A stretch of 64,000 nt of DNA, taken from NCBI GenBank assembly GCA_043228905.1, contig JBHGNT010000017.1, positions 13,392,001 through 13,456,000 of the forward strand. The letters are read 5' to 3'. Positions 34,551 to 45,635 of the stretch are shown here, in pieces (positions within the stretch are counted from its first letter, which is position 1; every line of letters begins with the position of its first letter). Source of the DNA: Azolla caroliniana (Eukaryota; Plantae; Polypodiophyta). Both the position numbers and the translations under genes were made by a program. The notes under the pieces are model-generated. The model did no database searches. It was not told the origin of the DNA and saw only the letters and a list, made by a program, of their open reading frames with translations.

Positions 34551-36930
34551 ATATTATCGTCTTCGGAGGTCAAATATGACCTATGAGACCAAAAAAATTA
34601 CATTTCACGTGATACGTTGTCGTGAAGAATTTCAGCCAGAGGCGGAAACCAGGAAATATTGGCTACATCGGCGGGGTGCACCATGTGCACTCACCCTCGT
34701 ATAATTGTGTGAATAATAGGAGTTAAGTCGGGACGAAGAATCCCATGTAAATCGGGATTTATCCCACATTGTAACGCATCCCTCTCCTTGTTCTATAAAA
34801 GGAAGGGATGGTCCCTTGTAGAAGGGGTTGCCCATTTTGAGTCTTAAGGGTATACCGTTTTGTGTTTCTTTCTAGGGTTAGCTACATTCTTTCTCTTCTT
34901 TGTTTATTTTCTGCTCCTTCTCGAGGAGTCGAGCAGTAACTATGACGGCAAACTGTTAGGTTAGTTTCTCTTCTTTTGTGCGTAGCCGGCTCGCGGCCGG
35001 GGTGGTATCTCTCCTTGTTGTAGGTTGCTTCTGCTCGGCCTCCTGTGCAAGACCCCGCTCGGCGCGATGAGCCCGAGAGCTCCCCGACGGCGGCTTGGCG
35101 GCAGACTGCTGTTGCGACCTAGCCTACCTCAGTCCGGCTCGGAGTCGGAGTTGTAACTCACTCTTGTAATCATATATATATACAAGGTTGTGCATATTTG
35201 TGTCTCTGTCGGTGTCGGGTGCTTTCCCTTCCCTATGTTTCCTGTACATAAGAGGTGTGTGTTGTGTCGGTGTTGCGTGCGTGTTCTCTCCCTCTCTTCC
35301 TCTCTCGCGTTTGGTAGCCACCGGTACGTGTCCGAAATCGCTCTGGTTCACGCCACAACTAGTGCAACCGGGACCGGAGAGAAGTCGGCTTCCTACGCCC
35401 CGTCACTCCCTAATCCAAGACCCCCGTGGTCCGCCTGGAATTCTACACGTACCCGCGAAACTTCGCGACAACGTGTGAAAGTGAGTAGCGACTCTCGACG
35501 TGCAAGAACTTTACCAATGAATGTTGCAATTGAGAGTGCACATTGTGGTTGTGAGAGAAATTCGTGCAAGTATTGGGCTTGGTCGAAGATGTGTGGAAAG
35601 CATGGTTGAATATGATCAAAGGCAGAGCATTGTAAGTAAGTGTGATACTGAAACTCTCAAACTTGTTTAGGGCAAAGTGTGCATAGTTGAACACTCTCAT
35701 CACTTGTGCCCCAACGCCCCATCTCACATCGCAATGCATGTGGGCTAAGTTGCATGGAAGCAATTTTTTGAATAGAAGCCAACAGAATGGGATCTAATAT
35801 GTATCAATGTGTACAGTTTCCCTGTTCCGCGAAGAATATGGTTTTGTAGTTAGGTGCAACATGTGTAGTATAATGTATGGAGCATGAGCCTCCACATTTT
35901 TCCCATGTCATGATACATTGGCATTGCAAAAAGGCCTCATTTACAAAGGAATCTAGTGATGCATCATGAAGCAAATGTGTTGCATCCCATCTACCAAAAC
36001 ACTTTTTCATATCTTGCATCCAACTGAAACACAAAATTTTGCTTTTATGCGTCTTTTGGATCTTTTTGCTTGCTTCCCATGCAATTCTAGGAAGTCGATG
36101 TGAGGGACTTTCTTGAACCTTAAGCATGTATTCAACGACCCTTTCCATGGCCAATATCTCAATGGGAACTGATCCCGTGTCAAGGAAGAGGAGGATGTAT
36201 GGCCACTGTTTGTTAACTTGCTGAAACTTTGTAAGATTTTGTTTTAGACATTTTCAAACTCTTTTCAAGTAGATTTAGGGATGCTACCGCCCCATAGAGA
36301 AGCACCGATGTCACCAAAGTGTCGAAAAGGTATTTCTTGAGGACCCAACCCACCCCATAGAGACGCACCGATGTCACCGAAGTGTCGAAAAAGTATTTCT
36401 TGAGGACCCAACACTTAATATCTCCACAATTGCATGTGTTCTCAAATGCATGATATGCTCGCTTTCCCACCTCTAAGCGATGTGTAACACATTCATTCCA
36501 TCTATAATTTGAGGGAACTTCAAGGCCAAGATATTTGAAGCTTTCCACGCATTCAAGTGGCTCATTATTGTACAAAATGCATGGCTTATCTCTTTTTTGG
36601 CTCTTCACAAGGATAATCTTTGTTTTAGAGCTATTAACACTAAAATTGGTATGCATGCAAATGTTTTCCAATGCCTTCATAAGCTTTTGTGCATATTCTA
36701 AAGTATTTGCAAAAAGCACTACATCATCTACATATAACAAAAGCATAATGACCACATTCCCAATGGCAACTTCTTCAACACATTCTTCCTTTACAAACTT
36801 GGTAACCATTTCTTCCAATTCATCAATGCATAGACCAAATAGAGTTGGTGAGAGTGGGTATACTTGCTTCACACCAATATTTTTTGGAGCCCATGCACTT
36901 TTGATTCCATTATACATCCAAATAGTTTTT
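34548..36930 (-). mobile_element. LINE B, 5'-truncated RT and C-terminal region (RTE-X-like), interrupted by a solo LTR
   Basis: IGVKQVYPLSPTLFGLCID, LLYVDD, FKYLG. Clearly related to LINE A. 3' hairpin near 34567-34583. An internal ~62-nt duplication lies near 36292-36410. Confidence 0.88.
34618..35470 (+). mobile_element. Solo LTR, 853 bp, 4-bp TSD ACGT
   Basis: Termini TGTCGTGAAG...CTTCGCGACA, ACGT on both sides, TATA near 34794. The empty site is present in neighbouring LINE-end copies. Confidence 0.88.
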
Positions 36931-36996
36931 CCATTAATGAGCCAACCATGATGGTTCGATAGTTGTTTACGTTATGATAGAGAGAGAGAGAGGCCA

Positions 36997-37593
36997 GATG
37001 AATGTAGATCAATTGGTAAGGTTGGTCAATGGGGACCAGGTGGAAGAGGTCATCGGTTCAACCTCTACATTCCACAGTGGCATCTAGCGAAATAAAAGAT
37101 ATCTATGAAGTAATAAAGAGGTGAGAAAAATTGGGTTTCGAACCCAAGATGTAGAGCTAATAGTGTAAACAACATACCACTAGAGTAAGCTAATTACGAT
37201 AAGTAAAAGAGAGAGAAAGAACTTAGATGGATGTAGCTCAGTTGGTAAGGTTGCCCAATGGAGACCAAGTGGTTAGGGGTTCAACCTCTACGTTCCAAAG
37301 TGGCATCTAGTGAAATAAGAGATATCTATGGAGTAATCCTAATAGAGAGGTGACAAAATTGGGTTTAGGTGGTCATGTATTCAACCTCTACATTCCATAG
37401 TGGCCTCTAGTGAAATAGGAGATATATATGGAGTAATAGAGAGGTGATAAAATAAGGTTTCGAACCCAAGATGTAGTGTTGGTAGTGTAAACAACTTACC
37501 ACTAGGGTAAGCTAATTATGATAAAGAGGGGGTTTTGAACCAGGATGTAATGCTGCTAGTGTAAACAACTTACCGCTAGGGTAAGCTAATTAC

Positions 37594-37595
<2 letters not shown>
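36997..37595. mobile_element. Cluster of tRNA-derived SINE-like units with convergent A/B boxes
   Basis: Forward TAGCTCAGTTGG (37234) and GGTTCAACC (37278). Reverse TACCCTAGTGG (37509) and GGTTCGAAACC (37466). Repeated 2-3 times between GA tracts. Confidence 0.7.
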
Positions 37596-37636
<41 letters not shown>

Positions 37637-37689
37637 CCTACTACATTCAAGAAATGATGGACGTAAATTGGAAGAGGTCTAGCACTATA

Positions 37690-37750
37690 TTAGAATTAGA
37701 ATTAGAATTTTTTTATCGTCCATAAAGAGGCCTATTTTGACCTATGGGAT
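37690..37750 (-). mobile_element. Severely 5'-truncated (~60 nt) copy of the LINE A 3' end
   Basis: Reverse complement CCCATAGGTCAAAATAGGCCTCTTTATGGACGATAAAAAAATTCTAATTCTAATTCTA matches 3129-3181. Confidence 0.85.
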
Positions 37751-37804
37751 GACAATGCAAGGGAGAAATCATTGCTTGTGACTTGAAATGCCATGATGTC
37801 ATGT

Positions 37805-40800
37805 TGTTAAGAATTAGTTAAGTAATTAAGAGTTAATTAGTACCTAAATATGTGATTAAGTTAAGTGTGGAAGATTATGTGATATGTGTGTGTATGTGTG
37901 TGAGAGGAAGAGAGAGAGGAGAGATACACTTATGAACAACACAAGATGGGAGATGAGTAAACTAGAGTGTACATATTATAAAACATCATCAAATACAAAA
38001 ATACCATCAATGAGGTATATATAGATCTCATGTGAAAGGGTGCACATGTGTGAGGAGAATATAGGTACAACCATGTAAGTCCTATATTAAATGACCTTGG
38101 TAGTGGAAGATCTAGAATATCCTACTTAAGTACAAGGTCCTATTTAAGTCGTTATAGTCAACACTTCTAACTAGATTCTATCTAGGTAACTACGAAGTTA
38201 CATGGTTGACTAACTAACTAAACTAAGTTGAGCTTGATCTCTCAACACGCCCCCTCAAGCTCAAGTGTGAGGCGTGTGACACCCGGCGTTATTTTCGGTG
38301 TTGTTCGACTTTCGATGTCGGCTTCTGTGAGGCTTTCGTCCAGCCTTCGGCTTTCTTCGCCGTGGCAATCTCGGGTCTTCCCCCTCAAGCCGGTGACGAA
38401 GGCTTGTAGTGTGTGGGTGAAGGCCAACTACTTCCACCCATCGTGGATGATGAGCCGCTTCGGTGGAGCTCTTGGGCTCTTGTTCGGCCGCTACCTTTAT
38501 CGCGAAAGCATAGTGATGGGCCATATACTCGTTGTAGCCGAGCCGCGTGACGAGGTTCTTAGCTCTAGATGAGTGTCGAAGTTTTTTGCTCGCCGATTTG
38601 AGTGCCTTCTTTACTCCGGGTGTCCGCATGATGGGTACACCGAACTCACTATCTAGCGAGGGAGCCGATCCATCCGAATCATTGTCGTCGGGGTGGTCGA
38701 CTTCGTATTTGGGCATCTTACCATTGCCTTTGTCCAAGTTCGTACTTGGCCGCAACGTGCTTGGGTCGCATGGGGGCTCTTGTGGCCCACTAGGCCTTGC
38801 CGTAATCGGACTTTCTTCGAACATGTGTTCGAAGCGATCTCCATCTTCTACCTCTTGTTTGGCGGATTCCGGGTCGAGCGTAGTCGGAGTCGAAGTTGTC
38901 TCTGGTGTGTACAAGGATGCGGACTCGTCGAAGACTACGTCTCGACTTACCCAAACCACTCGGGTAGAAGGGTTGTAGCACTTGTATGCCTTCTTCGGCA
39001 TGAGAATTCTCTACGAATGCCTTCACTTTGGAGGTAGGAGGTGAATTCGTCGGAGAAGTACTCCTTTCCTCCATCCGATCGTAGGCATCGAATGTGCTGA
39101 CCGGTTTCTTTTTCGACTTTCCCCTTAAGCTTTTGGAAGTGGGAGAACACTTCGCTCTTCTTCTTCAACGGGTAGATCCACGCGTAACGCGAGTAGTCGT
39201 CGACGAAGGTTACGTAGTATCGGCATCCGTTGATCGTCGGCGTTTGAGCCGGTCCCCATACATCTAAGTGTATGACGTCAAGGAGGCCTTTGCTTGCGGA
39301 ACTCTCCTTCGGGAATAGGAGTCGATGTTGTTTGCTGAGTTGACATGCTTCGCATACTCGGTTGACTCATTTCGACTCGAATGTCAGAAGTCCAACGACG
39401 ACTCCCTTTGTTTGCATAGCTCGAAGCCATTGGAGGTTTATGTGGCCGATTCTCTTGTGCCACAACTTGATGCTTGTCTTGGTTTTGAGACTTTTAGCGT
39501 ACATTGCCGATTTCACCTCGTTCGAATCGAGGATGACTATTCGGCTGTCTCTTCGCCCCTTCGCTATGAGTCGGCCATCTTTGTCGATGAAGCATCCTTC
39601 TTTGTTGAAGCGGACTTGCATGCCTTGCTCCACGATATGGCCGACGGAGACCAAATTCTTCGTTATTGTGGGCACGTACAAAACATCTTGATGCAAGTTT
39701 GTTCGCCTTCTTTCCCGAATGGGACATTGCCGATGTGCCAAATGGGGTGCGTGGTGTCGTCTCCCGTCTCTATGAAGCCGGGTCGGTCCGGTGTACGCAA
39801 GTCATGAAACCACTCTTCGTGAGATGTCATGTGATGTGAGGCGCCGGAGTCGACGAACCACGCGTCTTCCGAGTTGGAGGCTGACATAGAGTTCGCTCTA
39901 TGCCTCATTACGAACATTCCGCCACGGTTGCCATAGTCAGAATTCATGGCGTAATTTGTAAACATTTCACTATGATCGTCGTAGTCGGAATTCGACACGT
40001 GATTCATGAACATTCCGCTACGGTTGTAAAGATCGGAGTTCGATGCGTAGTTTGTGAGGTGTGGACTTGTTGAAGCCGACTCACTTCTCTTTTTCCGACA
40101 CTCCGTCTCGTAGTGGCCGATTTTGCCGCAATAATTGCAAGTTGCGGGCCTCGTTTGCCGACCATGTTCAACGTGGAAGTTCCCCCTTCTTCCGAAGGTT
40201 CCTCGATGGCTTCCGTGAAGGTTTGACTTCCCTTCGTGTGATGGGCCTAATTGACCTCTTCTACCACCATGACCTCCTCCTCGGCCACCATCCGAATTCG
40301 AGAAGAACATTTGTCCTTCCGATGTCTTGGTTTTGGTTTGGATGTGGTTCTCTTCAACCATTAGCATTGATTGGAGGTCGAAGAAGGAAGGAGGGTTTTC
40401 TCTCGCCAATATTGCCATCCGTAATGTATCGAATCGTTGTGCGAGGCCGCCCAAGCATACTTGAACCATCTCGTCTTCGTCGATGTTTATTTTGATGGAG
40501 CCAAGCGAGTCGCAAATGCTCTTGATCTTGGCGGTCTAGTCCGACACAGACATGTCTTTTTGTCGAATGTTATTCAACTCTTGTTGGAGTTGAAGTTTTT
40601 GGGAGGTTGTGTTGGCGGCAAAAAGTTTCTTTAAATTCGCCCATGCCTCTTTAGGCGTCTTGGTGTCTCGAATGTGGCTAAGCATGTGGTCGTGGATACA
40701 TGTTGCCAAGCAATACATGACTCGACTAGCGGCTTGCTCCCATGTTGCGTAGTCAGCGTTCTTTGAGTTGGGTCTATTTTCTTGAGTGTCGTTGATGTAG

Positions 40801-41530
40801 CTCCAATACCCTTGGCCAACGAGGTATTAGGTCATCTTGTACTCCCAAGATGAATAATTGCTCCGATCTAGCTTTTCACTAGGGAGCGAGCTACCCATTT
40901 GTGTGTTCATGTTGATTGTGTCTTCTCTTCTTTTGCTTTTCTTCCTTCGATCACGTACACGTGCTATGTAGCGGCACTACGGTAGCGGATAGCCGGAATT
41001 TGTTGTCGGCGTTTCGAACACACAATTATGAAGAGGCGGATGGGCTTAGTGGATGTGCTAAACCACACGTTCTGATACCATGTTAAGAATTAGGTAAGTA
41101 ATTAAGAGTTAATTAGTACCTAAATATGTGATTAAGTTAAGTGCAGAAGATTATGTGATATGTGTGTGTATGTGTGTGTGTGTGTGAGAGGAAGAGAGAG
41201 AGAGGAGAGATACACTTATGAACAACACAAGATGGGGGATGAGTAAACTAGAGTGTATATTATAAAACATCATCAAATACAAAAATACCATCAATGAGGT
41301 ATATATAGATCTCATGTGCAAGGGTGCACATGTGTGAGGAGAATATAGGTACAACCGGGTAGTCCTATATTAAATGACCTTGGGAGTGGAGGATCTAGAA
41401 TATCCTACTTAAGTACAAGGTCCTATTTAAGTCGTTATAGTCAACACTCCTAACTAGATTCTATCTAGGTAACTACGAAGTTACATGGTTGACTAACTAA
41501 CTAAACTAAGTTGAGCTTGATTTCTCAACA
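37805..41530 (-). mobile_element. Internally deleted Ty1/copia (gag-PR-partial IN, no RT/RH)
   Basis: LTRs 41081-41530 and 37805-38247, TSD CATGT, PBS 41069-41080, PPT near 38248-38260. CNYCGKIGHYETEC, WFVDSGASHH and LRSDGGKEY are present. Confidence 0.93.
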
Positions 41531-41902
41531 CATGTGATTGAGAGTGTCATGACATGTTTTGTTATAAGCAACAAGTAATCTCATTCGAATTAACCACGAT
41601 AACCCGATGTTAGTTCAAGGTAGACACATTTGGAACAAACTTTTGGTCATGCATTTTATGATTAACAACAAAGGACTTGGTAATATATAAACTTTTATCC
41701 ATTCATTAGTGTAAGCAATTTACGTACACTTTTCTCCATTTTGGTGGCCGAAAGTGCCAAAAAGGATTGTCATTCTTCGAGGAGATAAGTGGAGTAGCTT
41801 TCCACTGAGTAAGAAAATGATAACATTGAGCAACTTTATCTTCAAAATCTCCAATAATACAATCCCATTGTCCCTTTAAAGTATGAACTATGTCCCTTTA
41901 AT

Positions 41903-42040
41903 ACACACACATGTGACATACATATATACATACATACATACACACACATGTGACATACATACATATATACATACACACATATATACATGTGACATACATA
42001 CATACATACATACATACATACATCACACACACACACACAT
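41903..42040. repeat. (CATA)n/(CA)n compound microsatellite
   Basis: Seen directly in the sequence. Confidence 0.9.
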
Positions 42041-44153
42041 GTGCGACGTGTTTATTTTGAGACAAATCATTAATAGGGTTGGCGAGGGAATCGCGGCCCC
42101 GGACGGTGCAGGTCGCTCAAATCATGGCACGTGCAATCTGCACCGTCCGATTTGGATAATAAAATATCACGCGACCAAAAATGTTGTTAGAGGTTGCCGA
42201 ACTACCTATTGTGGTCACCCAACCTACATATTCTGGTTGCCCAACCTACCTATTGTGGTTGCCCAACCTCTGTAATGTATGTGGTCGCCCAATCGAGTTT
42301 AAATGTGGTTGCCCAACCTGCCATTTCAGTTTGGTCGCCCAATCGAGTTTTAATGTGGCTATGTGGTTGCACAATTGAGTTTTAATGTGGCCATGTGGTT
42401 GCCCAACCGAGTTTTTATGTGGCCATGTGGTTGCCCAACCTTTTAATTGACGACTATAAAACCCTAAAACCTGTCATTATCTCTCAATTTGTCAAATGAG
42501 ATTGACAGGTTCTTCTGTTGAGAAAACCAATTTTCTTCAAGCGGCTTGCAATCGACATTCCCATCAATCACTTCTATAATTAGTGCCCTACTATTTCCTA
42601 GGTATGTATTTGTGTTTGTCTCTACATTTTTTGATTTTTTTTATGTGCTTGGCTTTTTCATGTCAAAATATTAGGGTTTGGGAGAAGGTTTTGGTTGATA
42701 TTATGATTTTAATGTGATATTATGGCTTGATATTAGAATGATAGGGAGAAGGTTTAGGGTTTAGCATGATAGTATGATTGTAGAAATTGTTTAGGGTTTG
42801 TTTGATACAATGAATAAGTTTATTCTCAAAAACTGTTTACAACATGTTTATTGATATGTGATCTTAGAATGTTAATGGTTTACGGTTGGAGTGTGTTGAT
42901 ATTAACTTGATATTGAATTTATTTAGCTTGATATTGATTACTAATGATATTATGATATGAGCTTGATATTGATTATTTGTGGTTTATGGTTGATATTACG
43001 ATTTTAATGCTTGATATTAGAATGTGGCCCAAGTTTAGAACAAGTTTAGTTCATTGATCATTGAATAGACTTGCAAAAACTTATTGATTATTAATGGTTT
43101 ATGGTTCGATGTTTTACTTGATTAAAGTTAATATTGTGTGTTTGAGCATTAAATTCAGAATTTTTTTGATTATTTATCTTTTCTTTTCCTTGTATGGTGG
43201 TAGATGGTTGCCAGGTCCAAGTACAAAGACTAGTGGGATTCCGATAACGGTGAGATATATCCAACTCAAGAGATGTATGTCACAAACCAATCTCTCCTAA
43301 TAGTGGTCATGATGTGTGATGCATTCATGCTGATTGATGATTTGTTTAAGGGTTTTTGTTAGAAGACATTGGAGAACTTGTGCGGATGGCATGTCTAAGG
43401 GTGGGGAGAGCATGGATCATCTGCCTCGGATCGAGCCGATATAGCCTATGGCAACATTTGACGAAGATGCTCCTCCTGTAGGTATGTGGATTTGGTCTGG
43501 TTGTAATATGTCAATCTTTATGTTAATCTTTATGTAACACATACAGAAAAAACTGATGCTACTAGCCTTACCTCGTTGTATAAGGTTGGAAGAGATGCCA
43601 ATGGGAACAAGGCCCGTGCGTGTATCGTGGCTGAGTATTGTTGCCTCTTGCCAAGTTGGTATCGCAAAAAATGCGACATGGAAACACATTTACTCAGGGC
43701 ACGTGGAATTGACATAGTCCTACCACGAGGGATGCGAATAGAGGAGGAGGGTACTCCGAGGGCATGCTTTAATAGCTATGAGCGTCAGAGATCACTTAGA
43801 AGATTCATGGATCCCGAAATCAAGTACCATAGAAATCGGCAGTCACACATCTGGAAGTCGAAGGTTGTATCCTATTCCCGTTGAACTCCAACTTGACACG
43901 GAGGCAGAGTTTGTGGCGCGATTTTTTTATGGACCACGAGATGGCCATCTATGACTCCAAAAAAGACGAGCGGTTGGAGATGTTGAAGAAAAAGATTGCA
44001 TCCGGTTTGGATTCTTATGTAAGTATGAGCGAGGATTTCATTCTTGATGTGTTATGATATGGCAAGACTCGAACCCATGACCTTATGCTACATAAAATGT
44101 TATTTTCTTTTATGTTTTATTATAGAAAATTGATGTATATTCCAGATTTCTCT

Positions 44154-44200
44154 GGAACATTCTAGAAACTTCAGGAGTATTCCTAAGAACACTATAAAAG
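44154..44200 (+). promoter_or_regulatory. Heat-shock element plus TATA box in the chromovirus LTR
   Basis: GAA-ca-TTC-ta-GAA-ac-TTC (four alternating nGAAn units) about 20 nt upstream of CTATAAAAG. Confidence 0.7.
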
Positions 44201-45590
44201 GAGGCACAAGGCATTATTTCGAACCAAATCGGTTTAACGCCAGTCTTAAGCCTCCTAGCTATTACTGTACATTCTCTTCACATAATATATATCTTTTCTT
44301 ATCATCACACACACACTCTCTCTCCCTCCCTCTCACTCACTCTTTCCTTCTCTCGAGAGTTCTTCACCTCTCTTAGTACTAATACTTCTTTTAGTACAAA
44401 TTCCTTCTCTGTCTTAGTACTGTTCTTGATAGTTTGAACCAATTTTGGTCGTTCTTCCTTCCGTATCTTCCTTTCCTCCTCTTCCTTTTATCTTCTTATT
44501 AATCCTCTTATCCTTCCTAGTAAAATGGAAACTATTAGCGCTCAGGAATACCAATCTGTTTTCTCGGAGCTCCAATGCTTAAAAGAGAAATTTGTAGCAC
44601 TAGAACAAGAAAATCATCGTTTGTTGGGGGATCTTTAACAAATAGCATTGGAAAAACAACAACATGGGGAGCTGACGTTACGTGTACAAAAACTCGAAGC
44701 GACTATCATATCATTACAACAACAAGGATCAAGCACTCAAGGGATTCACAAAGAACCCAAGGTCGGTCTTCCTGCAAAATTTGATGGGACCCGATCACAG
44801 TTTAGAGGGTTTTTGAATCAGGTACATTTAGTGATAGAAATGCATCCTTCTCGATATCCCACTGATGCATCACGAGTGGGACTAGTAGGCACTCTCCTTA
44901 GTGGCTCAACGTTAGCATGGTTTGCTCCATTGTTGGAAAAGGAATCTCCATTACTAAACAGTTTTGAAGAATTTATAAGTAAGTTTAAGGCCTGTTTTGG
45001 AGATACTGACAACATAAGGATTGCAATCAACAAAAACCCGGCGATTACGCCAAGGATGATCACGCATTGATGGAACAATTTCATTATGGTTTACGCAACG
45101 ATGTCAAGGATTTACTCTTGAACTTCCCCGAAGAGCCAAAGTCATTAACAGAAGCAATCAGTCGCGCGGTGAGATGCGACAACCGCCTCTTCGAAAGACG
45201 TTCAGAACGACAATTCCAGATTCCGAGGGCAAGATCAGAGCCTACGTACGCCTCACTGGTAGCGAAACCTTTTCCGAGGGAGTCATATAATGCGCCTCCA
45301 GTAAGTACTCCAACTCTGATGGAAATTGACACCACACGTCGTCGTGGACCACTATCGGAAGAAGAAAAGCAACCACGCCGAGCAAACCGACTATGTCTTT
45401 ATTGCGGTGGATCAGGGCATATCGCGGTAAACTGTCCCCATAGGCCAAGAAGGCAGGTAAACCAAATAGTTGCTAGTTCTGATTGTACTAAACCCGAGTC
45501 TATTTTAGTAGGGATATCTTATAGTCCTAATAGTACTAATAGCCCAAATCTAGCGAACAAATTTGATGTCCTTAGTCAGTTAGAAGAAGA

Positions 45591-45635
45591 GTTAAACGAC
45601 TAAGTCTAGCCAAAATAGGAGCCGTTTGGTTGGAC
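45591..45635 (+). promoter_or_regulatory. Putative -1 frameshift signal of chromovirus C
   Basis: G_TTA_AAC, GACTAA, then stem GTCTAGCCAAA/TTTGGTTGGAC with two G-U pairs. Pol is open in the -1 frame from this point. Confidence 0.8.

Noticed and set aside
37227-37300. Functional tRNA gene
   Set aside because: A and B boxes are present but acceptor and anticodon stems do not pair. The same applies to the LTR modules.
42190-42440. CRISPR-like spaced short repeats
   Set aside because: Repeats are only about 14 nt, spacers are short and themselves repeated, no cas genes are present, and the context is eukaryotic.
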